64,000 nucleotides of DNA from a virus, in the IMG/VR virus record IMGVR_UViG_3300025769_010106, positions 1-64,000 of that record, one strand, 5' to 3'. A program made the translations under genes and the position numbers. Below, piece after piece: positions 28,439 to 37,511 of this stretch (positions are counted from its first letter, which is position 1; every line of letters begins with the position of its first letter). Below the pieces are notes generated by a model. The model did no database searches. It had not been told where the DNA came from and saw only the letters and a program-made list of their open reading frames with translations.

Positions 28439-31400
28439 ATGATGACTCATTTTAAAACTATTGCAGGAGCATTGCTAGCCACCACAATGCTTACAGCGTG
28501 TCAGGGTGGCAGTTCAAATCCTGTTAAAGCTATCAATTCCGTTAAGGCTGAACTTAATCCTGTTGTAAACAGTAACTTTGGTGCTATTGCAGGCGAAATT
28601 TCTGCACTGGAAGCAATCGTAAATGAGGCAACCGGATCAGCAACTATTAGTGCTATTTTAAATCCCACAGAAGCAGATAAACGCACTGCTGAAAACATTG
28701 TATCTCGAATCGATGATGTTATTAACGGCTGGGAGGCACATAAAGCAGAATATAATCCAAAACTACTTGCTGTTAAAATGAGTTCTGAGGACTTTCGTCG
28801 TGCAGAAGCAGTTGTTAAAATTTTAAAAGAGGATCTACGTCCAGTTATTGTTGACGTTACCAATGGTAAGGGCTACGACACTGAAGCATTTGCTTTTCTT
28901 GAGAGTAAAGAAAAGATTGATGGTGTTATTGATAGTAAAAAGATAAAAATCTTTGAAAATGTAGTACCTACTCTAATTAGTTCAAACGTCAGTAGCGTAA
29001 CGGTAGACAAAACTAGTGCTGCTACCAGTCCTGATCGTCTTAAGGAAACTATTGTAGTTGATGGCGAGCAGACTGTAACTGGCGGTTCTAGCATTTCTGA
29101 TCTAACACGTACCGCTACTTGGGTAAAGACAACTACAAAGAAGATGGAGTATGATCGTAGTTGGACGGTTACACTACAAAATGTAACCACATATGTTTAC
29201 AGCGATGGTAGCACAAAAACTGAACGTAGTGAAATCCGTGAAGTACCTTATACACAGACACTTTCAGCTGCTGACATTGTTACTACACAGGACATGTCAC
29301 AGAACATTGCCTATACAGTTGAAGAACAAAACGATCCAACTACAACTGTCACTCGTGGCGAAACGGTTGTAGTAAATGAGTATGTGGATCGTGTTGAAAC
29401 TGCTACGCAGGAAGATGGTAGTAAGGTACATAACACCATTCGTACTACTACAACCACAAGCACTACGCCTGTCACTACTACACTAACATATCCTAAGATT
29501 AGTGTGTACACATACACAGATGGACATTCATTTACTCATGATGCTACAGATGAAGTGGTTAGTAGTACAGAAGATGAAGTTGTTGTCAATACAAGTGAAG
29601 CAACTGTAGAAAGTACTACAGAGCATGTTGTAGCGAGTGAAACCGTTACAAACGAAGTTATTACAGACGTAACAGAAGCTGATCCAGTATTTGATACAAC
29701 CTATGAAGACAAGACAACTAGTGAAACTGTAGACGGTAAATTAATTACTACTGTAACACGTTATTACACGACCACTGCTACTATTGTTACTACAACTACC
29801 ACAAACACAACTCCTGTGACAAAACAGATTTGGACTGATGGTACTGAGAAACTAATTCGCGGTGAAACTGTAGTTGAAACTAGTACTGAAAATACTGTAG
29901 TGACAGATAGTTGGACTAAGGTTATGAGCACCACAACAGAGGATGCTCCTGCTGATAGTACACCTATTGCAGACGATCATCCTGACATGGGCACACGTAC
30001 CGCAGGGTTCAACAGCAATCCTGTAAGCTATCGTACTTCAGAGTTCAATGGAACTTCTGGTCAGAACTACAAGCAGGCAATTAACGCAGACGTTGCATAC
30101 TCCCGTGGTTGGACTGGTAAAGGCAGTCTAATTACTATTGCTGATACTGGTTACGATAAGGATCACTCAGACCTTGCTGGTGCAGTTAAACATGAGTTCA
30201 ACACTCTAACAAATGATGCGACGTTTATGGATGACAACGTTGGTCACGGTAGTCATGTGTTGGGTATTGCGGCTGGACGTAAGAACGGTAGCGGTACACA
30301 CGGTGTTGCATTTGATGCAGACGTTGCAGTAGTTAAAGTAACTGATAGCACTGGCTACAGTTTCCAACGTGCACGAACAGGCGCTGCCTGGGCACGTGAT
30401 TTGGGTAGTGTTGCGTTTAACGTTAGTGCTAACTCACGTGAAGACTCAGCATTTAGAGCAAGTCTTACTCCAACAGGTACTACTGGTGTCCAGTATAGTA
30501 ATCACTGGTACTACGGTGAGAATGGATACAATGGTGCTGTAGACGAAGCCAAGTTGTGGGCAACTGCATTAGGTAGCGAACAGATCCTTGTGAACAGTGC
30601 TGGTAACTTTGGCAAGGATTATGTATCGGGTACTGGTCAGATGGCCCATGCTACAGATTCTAATGGCAACCTTATTATGGGCGGGCGTATGCTAATCGTT
30701 GGCTCATATGATCTTGCTAACAATAAGATTGCTAGTTACAGTAACAAGGCTGGTACAGTTTGTGCTACCTGGGACTTTACAAACAATCTCTGTAAAGATG
30801 CTGCCAAGGCAAGTGACTTCTATATTCTTGCACCAGGCGATAACATTCAGAGTGCATATAAAGACGGTACTAGTGTTAACATGAGTGGTACTAGTATGGC
30901 AGCACCTGTTGTTACTGGTGCACTTGCTATTGTACATCAGATGTGGCCTCACATGAAGGGTGAGAACCTGGTTAAACTGTTGCTGGTAACGGCAGACAAG
31001 GACTTGCCTGGCTATGCTGAACACACACATGGACAGGGTATGCTGGACTTGGACAAGGCTACACAGCCTGTAGGTGCAACTGGTATTCCTACCAGTGGAC
31101 GTACTGATGGCGAGATTGCCAATCTTGAAACATTAAGTGGTGGTGCTGGCATTGGTAATATTAGTAGCGATGCTTTTGCGGCACTAAGTAATGTTACGGT
31201 GCTTGATAGCTTTGAGCGTGATTTTACAATCAATCTAAACAACACTCAGGCTATTGATACTCGTCCTGGATCGTCAACAGAAGCACTAAGTTTTGGTGCA
31301 GACTATGACGGTTACTGGAACCTTGCTAATGCAGGCGAAGCCACTAGTGACTTGTTTGGTATTAGGACATCATTTAAGTTTGATCCAGATGCTAAAACAA

Positions 31401-32005
31401 ACGCTGACTGGGGCATGCGTACAGAGTATGATGTACATAGTAGCGAAGAAACTACTATTACTGCCGCACTTGGTATGATTAAGGAGACAGGTAAGTTCCT
31501 TAACAACGTTCAGGAAGGCTTTATGGGAGTTGGTGAGTCACACACCACAAACTATGCAGGCTTGCGTCTCAATCACAAGTTTGATGAGAACTGGTTTGGG
31601 TTTGGTAACTTCCAGTTGGGCATGACAGACGTTGAGTCATCCAAGGAGTTTAGTCTAGTAACTGGGTACAGCACCCTAGTAAGTAACAGTTGGGGTGTCG
31701 GTGCAGGTTACAAGTTTACTAACGGGTGGACTGTTGGCGCTAACTTTAGTCAGCCAATGACAGTTACAAGCGGTAAGATGAACTACAAGGTTCCAGTAGG
31801 ACGTACACTTGACGGACAGGTATTATTTAATGAAGGAAGTGCTGATGCAAGTACGAAAAATATTGAATATGATACCGGTTTGTTTGTAAAATATAATGTA
31901 AACAATGTTGCACTTGCTGGCTATGCAGAGCATCGTAGCAATGTTGCAGGCGTCGACGGTAACAACGAAGTTAACCTAGGCGTTAAATTGAACTTGAAGT
32001 TCTAA
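28439..32005 (+). CDS. Lipoprotein S8 subtilisin-like protease with Thr-rich stalk and C-terminal beta-barrel-like domain
   Basis: LTAC lipobox; IADTG, HGSHV and GTSMAAP catalytic triad; NSAGN; alternating beta strands ending LNLKF. Confidence 0.88.
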   Translation: MMTHFKTIAGALLATTMLTACQGGSSNPVKAINSVKAELNPVVNSNFGAIAGEISALEAIVNEATGSATISAILNPTEADKRTAENIVSRIDDVINGWEAHKAEYNPKLLAVKMSSEDFRRAEAVVKILKEDLRPVIVDVTNGKGYDTEAFAFLESKEKIDGVIDSKKIKIFENVVPTLISSNVSSVTVDKTSAATSPDRLKETIVVDGEQTVTGGSSISDLTRTATWVKTTTKKMEYDRSWTVTLQNVTTYVYSDGSTKTERSEIREVPYTQTLSAADIVTTQDMSQNIAYTVEEQNDPTTTVTRGETVVVNEYVDRVETATQEDGSKVHNTIRTTTTTSTTPVTTTLTYPKISVYTYTDGHSFTHDATDEVVSSTEDEVVVNTSEATVESTTEHVVASETVTNEVITDVTEADPVFDTTYEDKTTSETVDGKLITTVTRYYTTTATIVTTTTTNTTPVTKQIWTDGTEKLIRGETVVETSTENTVVTDSWTKVMSTTTEDAPADSTPIADDHPDMGTRTAGFNSNPVSYRTSEFNGTSGQNYKQAINADVAYSRGWTGKGSLITIADTGYDKDHSDLAGAVKHEFNTLTNDATFMDDNVGHGSHVLGIAAGRKNGSGTHGVAFDADVAVVKVTDSTGYSFQRARTGAAWARDLGSVAFNVSANSREDSAFRASLTPTGTTGVQYSNHWYYGENGYNGAVDEAKLWATALGSEQILVNSAGNFGKDYVSGTGQMAHATDSNGNLIMGGRMLIVGSYDLANNKIASYSNKAGTVCATWDFTNNLCKDAAKASDFYILAPGDNIQSAYKDGTSVNMSGTSMAAPVVTGALAIVHQMWPHMKGENLVKLLLVTADKDLPGYAEHTHGQGMLDLDKATQPVGATGIPTSGRTDGEIANLETLSGGAGIGNISSDAFAALSNVTVLDSFERDFTINLNNTQAIDTRPGSSTEALSFGADYDGYWNLANAGEATSDLFGIRTSFKFDPDAKTNADWGMRTEYDVHSSEETTITAALGMIKETGKFLNNVQEGFMGVGESHTTNYAGLRLNHKFDENWFGFGNFQLGMTDVESSKEFSLVTGYSTLVSNSWGVGAGYKFTNGWTVGANFSQPMTVTSGKMNYKVPVGRTLDGQVLFNEGSADASTKNIEYDTGLFVKYNVNNVALAGYAEHRSNVAGVDGNNEVNLGVKLNLKF

Positions 32006-32017
32006 GGAGATAAGGTA

Positions 32018-32476
32018 TTGAATCTAACTACGCTGACATATGAAAATATAGAAGCATTACAGTTTGATACCAACCACGACCCCGTGAGACCCGAGCTTGA
32101 CCTTAACTTTAGGTTAGGCCCGGGCCGTCGGGTTTATGTGTTGGAAACAGACGGTAAGTATCAGGCAGCAATTTGCGTTGCCTATACTAATGAAGTACCA
32201 ACTACTGTAAAGGAACTTGACCTTATGAGTCAGGCTGCTTGTCAGGAAGATCAACACGGTTCTATTTGTATAGCATATACAGTTTGGAGTCGTGCACCAC
32301 GTGCTGGTAGAGAAATTGTGTTTCGTTTGCTAGACGAATGTCGTGCAAATCATAAAGTCAAACGTCTTATTACACTAAGTCCAAAAACGGATATGGCACG
32401 TAGGTTTCACTTAAACAATGGAGCAGTTACTTTGCAGAACAATACTGCAACTGATAACTACGAATACAGTTTATGA
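32018..32476 (+). CDS. Hypothetical protein, possibly GNAT-like
   Basis: YTVWS..AGR..LITLSP...RFHL.NGA. Confidence 0.5.
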   Translation: MNLTTLTYENIEALQFDTNHDPVRPELDLNFRLGPGRRVYVLETDGKYQAAICVAYTNEVPTTVKELDLMSQAACQEDQHGSICIAYTVWSRAPRAGREIVFRLLDECRANHKVKRLITLSPKTDMARRFHLNNGAVTLQNNTATDNYEYSL

Positions 32477-32910
32477 ATATTTTCAAAAATAGAAAAAGAA
32501 TTATACTAGATCGCATTGGGCAACAGCCCTATCTAGAAAGGTATTACCTGTTCCTAAAAGATCGTAAATGGTTTCCATTTAACGTCTTCTTACACAAGTT
32601 TTTACAAAGTGATCCAGACGAACTACACGATCATCCTTGGCCCTACTTCACGCTAATCTTACGTGGAGGTTATTGGGAGACTACTCCTAAAGGACGCTTT
32701 TGGCGTGGCCCAGGGCATATGCGTGTTAACGGTCCTAAGAGTCTACATCGTGTAGAACTAGAACCAGGAGTATGTGCTTGGTCACTATTTTTTCCTGGTC
32801 CTAAACTACGTGAGTGGGGTTTCATTGTAAACGGTAAATGGATGCACAATGAAAAGTATTTTGAATGGCGAAAGCAGAAGGTAAGAGATGAACAAACTAT
32901 ATCTGTCTAA
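32473..32910 (+). CDS. Cupin-like protein
   Basis: LHDHPW..LILRGGYWE...HRV. Confidence 0.7.
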   Translation: MNIFKNRKRIILDRIGQQPYLERYYLFLKDRKWFPFNVFLHKFLQSDPDELHDHPWPYFTLILRGGYWETTPKGRFWRGPGHMRVNGPKSLHRVELEPGVCAWSLFFPGPKLREWGFIVNGKWMHNEKYFEWRKQKVRDEQTISV

Positions 32911-33400
32911 TCGAGATATTGAAAAAGGCGTACATGATATTGTAAACTCAATGTATGCTGACAACTGGCGGCCCGATTACATTGTAGGTATTACACGAGG
33001 TGGATTAATTCCTGCTGTAATGATGAGTCATCTAACTGGTATTAAGATGCACACACTGGACGTTCGTTTGCGTGATGGCGATGAACAACAATCTAACTAT
33101 TGGATGGCAGAGGATGCATTTGGGATCTTTCAAATGGGCGGCACATATGAAGATAAGAAAATTCTTATCTTAGACGATATTAACGATACTGGTGCTACAT
33201 TCCAATGGATCAAAGAAGATTGGCCGGCAGGCTGTCATCCAAATGAACGCCGATGGGATAAAGTTTGGCATAACAATGTTCGGTTTGCTACTATTGTGAA
33301 TAATCTATCCAGTAAGTTTGAGATTGATCACGCTAGTATTGAAATCAACAAAGCAGAGGAAGACACATGGGTTGTTTTCCCATATGAGGAGTGGTGGTGA
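32888..33400 (+). CDS. Type I phosphoribosyltransferase (xanthine/guanine PRT-like)
   Basis: GITRGGLIPA, LILDDINDTGAT PRPP loop, WVVFPYE. Confidence 0.88.
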   Translation: MNKLYLSNRDIEKGVHDIVNSMYADNWRPDYIVGITRGGLIPAVMMSHLTGIKMHTLDVRLRDGDEQQSNYWMAEDAFGIFQMGGTYEDKKILILDDINDTGATFQWIKEDWPAGCHPNERRWDKVWHNNVRFATIVNNLSSKFEIDHASIEINKAEEDTWVVFPYEEWW

Positions 33401-33996
33401 TGCACGTACCATTATTTGAAACACACAAAGACTGGATTACTGAAGAAGAACATGGCATGTTACAAGCATTGGTGTTGTATGCTCCACGCTGGCGTTTTGG
33501 TCAGGTAAGCGACGATACAATCCAACCAAACTATCCCATGTGGTTCCAAAACTTTTGGAATATTGGGACATTTGAGTTCAAACCAGATCAAGAGATAGTG
33601 ACCAATCTGTTATCACAGCTAAAAGATAGATTTTTAAAGCTATGTCCCAGTAATTATAAACTAGTTAGGTTTATGGCTAGCAGCAATACATTTGGTATTG
33701 ATGGCGATATCCATACAGACTGGCCACATCCTGATGTAAGCATTACCGGTGTGCTCTATACAGACAAGGTATGGGAACAGAACTGGGGCGGCGAAACAGC
33801 GCTCTACAAGGATGGCATTGTAGAAGCTAGCGAATATGAACCCAGAAAGCTCATTACGTTTGATAGCAGTATTGCCCATATAGGCAAAGGACCGCAGCGA
33901 CGTTGTAAGGAGATGAGAACAATTCTAGCGTTTCAAGCAGTTAGCGAAGACGCTCTAAATGCTAGAATGAACAAAAAGGTTGACTCTGAATTATAA
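33400..33996 (+). CDS. 2OG-Fe(II) oxygenase
   Basis: HTD, WGGET, FDSSIAH, R. Confidence 0.8.
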   Translation: MHVPLFETHKDWITEEEHGMLQALVLYAPRWRFGQVSDDTIQPNYPMWFQNFWNIGTFEFKPDQEIVTNLLSQLKDRFLKLCPSNYKLVRFMASSNTFGIDGDIHTDWPHPDVSITGVLYTDKVWEQNWGGETALYKDGIVEASEYEPRKLITFDSSIAHIGKGPQRRCKEMRTILAFQAVSEDALNARMNKKVDSEL

Positions 33997-34008
33997 ATAC
34001 CCTACAAT
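33980..34008 (+). promoter_or_regulatory. Dual promoter for queD: sigma70 TTGACT-N17-TACAAT with a late TATAAATA (33992-33999) in the spacer
   Basis: Both consensus elements read directly. Confidence 0.65.
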
Positions 34009-34017
34009 ATTAATCAT

Positions 34018-34076
34018 AGAGGACTTAGTGTTCGTTCCCTCTCTAAAAATTCCGCACACTCCATAACCAAGGAGTA
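34018..34076 (+). ncRNA. Candidate preQ1-I-like riboswitch in the queD leader
   Basis: P1 AGAGG/CCTCT, C before the P1 3' strand, A-rich linker, P2 AGTGT/ACACT, competing ACTCC/GGAGT anti-SD. Confidence 0.5.
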
Positions 34077-34081
34077 TAAAC

Positions 34082-34555
34082 ATGGCAAAGTATATTAGTA
34101 CAAAAACATATAGGCACCTAGGTCCCGTTGCATACAGACAGTGGCGAGCAGATTCACATTGTAATCTTATCCACGGATATGCACTGAGTTTTCATTTCGA
34201 GTTTGAAACTGATGACCTTGATGCTCGAAACTGGGTAGTAGACTTTGGTGGATTACGTCCACTAAAGGACAGCTTAGAAGATTGGTTTGATCACACTCTG
34301 CTAGTAGCACAGGATGATCCAGACCGCGACACGCTACTAGAACTAGGCAAGAAAGGCCTAGCAAAGATTACAGAAGTTGAAAAGACTGGATGCGAGGGTC
34401 TATCAGACTTTTTGTATGAGTATGTAAACACAATATTTTTACCTAGTTGGGAACCTGGCACCAGGGTATGGTGCTGTAAGGTTGAGGTAAGAGAAACTGA
34501 CTCGAATATGGCTATGCGAGTTGGTCACAGAGAAGATGGAGAATTTGATGTTTAA
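34082..34555 (+). CDS. queD: 6-carboxy-5,6,7,8-tetrahydropterin synthase
   Basis: CNLIHGY, VVDFG, FDH, GCE, VRET. Confidence 0.9.
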   Translation: MAKYISTKTYRHLGPVAYRQWRADSHCNLIHGYALSFHFEFETDDLDARNWVVDFGGLRPLKDSLEDWFDHTLLVAQDDPDRDTLLELGKKGLAKITEVEKTGCEGLSDFLYEYVNTIFLPSWEPGTRVWCCKVEVRETDSNMAMRVGHREDGEFDV

Positions 34556-34763
34556 AAGTTTATGGAACATGTTAACTGGCTCAGGCAGTATTAAAGACAT
34601 TGTTAAGATAGCAACAGTATCAGAAGCTGAGCTCAAGAAGATGACCAAGAAGCAGATTGATGACTGGGCTGTAAATGCAGGTGTTACACTTGATCGTCGT
34701 CTTACAAAGGACAAGATGATTGCCGAGCTAAAGACACATAAATCACAAGTTAATATTACCTAA
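34548..34763 (+). CDS. Small protein with Rho-N/HeH-like tail
   Basis: LKKMTKKQI..A...G..LDRRLTKDKMI. Confidence 0.5.
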   Translation: MFKSLWNMLTGSGSIKDIVKIATVSEAELKKMTKKQIDDWAVNAGVTLDRRLTKDKMIAELKTHKSQVNIT

Positions 34764-34772
34764 GAGGTTATA

Positions 34773-35636
34773 ATGAAAGTAAGATACACTGAAGCGTTTT
34801 ATTCAGTTCAAGGAGAAGGTCGCTGGACAGGTGTGCCCAGTGTTTTCCTTCGCATGTATGGTTGTAACTTTACATGTCCTAAGTTTGGCATTGCAAGAGA
34901 CAGTAACGAAACAGCAGAGCCCCATATCAATAAAATTGTAGATGAGATTGACAAATACAATAGCATTGATGAGCTACCACTTGTAACAGTTGGATGCGAT
35001 AGTTATGCAGCCTGGCATCCCGCATTTAAACGATTCCAGCATGATGTTGATATTGATCAACTAGTAGACGATCTGCTTGCACTTACACCAACAGGTTCTT
35101 GGACATTGGACAATGGACAGGATATCCATTTGGTTATTACAGGCGGTGAACCCTTGCTTGGTTGGCAACGAGCATATATACAATTATTCAAACACGAACG
35201 CATGAAGGACCTAAAGAATGTTACATTCGAAACTAATACTACACAGAATTTGTCTGACGATCTCAGATCGTACCTCACAGATAATCAACATGTACACATT
35301 ACATTCTCTTGTTCCCCTAAACTATCGGTTAGTGGACATACTTGGGTTGATGCTATCAAGCCTAATGTTGCTGTTGAGTACGCTAGTCTTCGTAACAGCC
35401 ACTTGTATCTTAAGTTCGTTGTTTGCGATGATGTTGACGTGGCAGAAGTTGATCGAGCTGTTGCAGAATATAGATCTGCAGGACTTGAAGCGCCGGTTTA
35501 CCTCATGCCAGTCGGCGGTACGACGGACAGTTACTTCAAAAATGGCCGCCAAGTCGCAGAGCTCGCCTTACAAAAAGGCTACAGATATAGTCCACGGCTC
35601 CACGTTGACATCTTTGGCAACGCCTGGGGAACCTAA
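34773..35636 (+). CDS. queE: 7-carboxy-7-deazaguanine synthase (radical SAM)
   Basis: FYSVQGEG..G.PSVFLR..GCNFTC..CDS, TGGEP, ETN, SPKL, SPRLH. Confidence 0.92.
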   Translation: MKVRYTEAFYSVQGEGRWTGVPSVFLRMYGCNFTCPKFGIARDSNETAEPHINKIVDEIDKYNSIDELPLVTVGCDSYAAWHPAFKRFQHDVDIDQLVDDLLALTPTGSWTLDNGQDIHLVITGGEPLLGWQRAYIQLFKHERMKDLKNVTFETNTTQNLSDDLRSYLTDNQHVHITFSCSPKLSVSGHTWVDAIKPNVAVEYASLRNSHLYLKFVVCDDVDVAEVDRAVAEYRSAGLEAPVYLMPVGGTTDSYFKNGRQVAELALQKGYRYSPRLHVDIFGNAWGT

Positions 35637-35669
35637 TCCTGAGGAAAAGTTTCGTAAGGCTGGCATTTT

Positions 35670-36227
35670 ATGAAAACCATCTGGGTTAGACATGGTGAGT
35701 CAGAATATAATGCCAAAAACTTAGCAACAGGCTGGCATGATCCTCTACTCACAGAGAAAGGCATAAACCAAGCAGCAAAAACTGCTAAAGAACTTGCTAA
35801 TCGTTATCAGTCAGTTGATAGCATCCATTGCAGTGATTTAAAAAGAGCTGCACAAACAGCAAGTATCATCGTTCAATTAACTCCATGGTTTGTTGATGTT
35901 AAAATTGATCCAAGGCTTAGGGAACGTGATTATGGTACTTGGTCTGGTTGCGATAAAAATCAAAATAAACTAAGTGTGGGTCAAGAACAATATTTAGCCA
36001 TAAGGAGAGGTTGGAAAACAGCACCGCCTGAAGGCGAAAGTCTCGAACAAACCTCAGTAAGGGTAGCAGACTATTTGGACAATATAGAACAAAGTAATGT
36101 TCCAATTATTTTTGTATGTCACGGAAATACTATAAGAGCAGCAAGTGTAATTTTTGGTAAAAATACACCGGAATCTGTTGTAGACTGGGAAATAGAGACT
36201 GGAGGTTTCGTAGAATGGGAATACTAG
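35670..36227 (+). CDS. Histidine phosphatase (phosphoglycerate mutase family)
   Basis: RHGES, SDLKRA, LRERDYG, GES, HG. Confidence 0.9.
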   Translation: MKTIWVRHGESEYNAKNLATGWHDPLLTEKGINQAAKTAKELANRYQSVDSIHCSDLKRAAQTASIIVQLTPWFVDVKIDPRLRERDYGTWSGCDKNQNKLSVGQEQYLAIRRGWKTAPPEGESLEQTSVRVADYLDNIEQSNVPIIFVCHGNTIRAASVIFGKNTPESVVDWEIETGGFVEWEY

Positions 36228-36583
36228 ACGACGCAAAACGTGCTATGGGTTTAGGTAAAGCTAAACGGGTTGAGGAACCTAAGCCACGGGCACCCAAGAA
36301 ATCAGATAAGGAAATCGCTACAGAAAAGGGTGAACCATGGGTTAGTGTCCTTAGTGTAGAAGTTGATCAGGAAAATCCTGGTAATGGTGCTTTTGAATTA
36401 GACTGGAACGAACCTTTTATTAAACTACTTTGGAAAAAAGGTTACCGTGACGAGAATGAAAACGATATGGTAGATCGTTGGTTCCAGGATGTATGCCGAC
36501 ACGTAGTTATGGAAAGCTACGAAAAAGATCAAGCTATGGTTACTCGTAACGACTTAGGTGATGGCAGGACTGAGTACAGATGA
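36215..36583 (+). CDS. Hypothetical phage protein
   Basis: ATEKGEPWV..FELDWN..VDRWF. Confidence 0.7.
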   Translation: MGILDDAKRAMGLGKAKRVEEPKPRAPKKSDKEIATEKGEPWVSVLSVEVDQENPGNGAFELDWNEPFIKLLWKKGYRDENENDMVDRWFQDVCRHVVMESYEKDQAMVTRNDLGDGRTEYR

Positions 36584-36756
36584 TCCGAGCTGTACCTCGT
36601 CAAGTAGCAAGGAACTATCTCAATACAATGGGCATGAGTTGGCTTATAACAGGTATGATTTTTGGTTCTCTATTAAGTCCCATGGGACTGGTTATCCTTA
36701 CACTTCTAACTGACTGGTGTTGGTGGAGAGTGTTCAAACACGCAAACAATCTATGA
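36580..36756 (+). CDS. Small membrane protein (58 aa, not in ORF track)
   Basis: ATGA overlaps at both ends; hydrophobic core. Confidence 0.6.
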   Translation: MIRAVPRQVARNYLNTMGMSWLITGMIFGSLLSPMGLVILTLLTDWCWWRVFKHANNL

Positions 36757-37511
36757 AAATATATCTAAACGGTGATAGTCACACTGCTGGTGCGGCAACA
36801 TACAAAAATTATTGCTTTGCTAATGATGATCCTGAGTATAGTCATCTAGGAGAGCTAGCTCATCCTAAATGTTTACAACTAAGTTATGGTTATGTCCTAG
36901 CAAAAATATTGAATGCTGAATTTTTTTGCGAAGCAATAAGTGCTAGTAGTAACTCTCGTATACTTAGAAAAACCAACGAATTCCTCAATAAGAAACTGGG
37001 CGGTGAGTTAATTGTTGTAATTGGCTGGAGTACATGGGAACGTGAGGAATGGCTGTACAATGACAACTACTACCAAGTAAATGGCAGTGGCACTGATATG
37101 GTTCCTAGAGAACTTGAAGAACAATACAAACAATGGGTGACTGAGCAAACTCGCAACAATATTTACAGTAAGTCATTAGAGTGGCACGATAAAATATATG
37201 AGTTACACAAACACCTAGACTCCAGAAATATTAAGCACTTGTTTTTTAACAGTTACGCCCACTTCCACAAAGTTCCTGAATTGGATTGGCATGGCTGTTA
37301 TTTGGATCCATACTCATCGGAAGGAACATATTGGAACTGGTGTAAGAATCAGGGATACAAATTACAGGATGATGTATCACATTACGGAAAAGATGCTCAT
37401 ATTGCCTGGGCAAAGTTTTTATTACACAGGTTGACAGATACGACAAACAGTAGTAGTATAGTAACTGTTAGATCAGCTAACATTAATAGAACTTTGCGAG
37501 TAAAAAAATGA
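36753..37511 (+). CDS. SGNH-hydrolase-like protein
   Basis: NGDSH, SNSRILR, GWS, late H. Confidence 0.6.
   Translation: MKIYLNGDSHTAGAATYKNYCFANDDPEYSHLGELAHPKCLQLSYGYVLAKILNAEFFCEAISASSNSRILRKTNEFLNKKLGGELIVVIGWSTWEREEWLYNDNYYQVNGSGTDMVPRELEEQYKQWVTEQTRNNIYSKSLEWHDKIYELHKHLDSRNIKHLFFNSYAHFHKVPELDWHGCYLDPYSSEGTYWNWCKNQGYKLQDDVSHYGKDAHIAWAKFLLHRLTDTTNSSSIVTVRSANINRTLRVKK

Noticed and set aside
29000-29950. Thr-rich region as a DNA tandem repeat or diversity-generating element
   Set aside because: Repetition is at amino-acid composition level only; no exact nucleotide repeats seen and no reverse transcriptase in the window
35218-35673. 151-aa alternative-frame ORF inside queE
   Set aside because: Almost entirely overlaps a well-supported gene; no motif recognised
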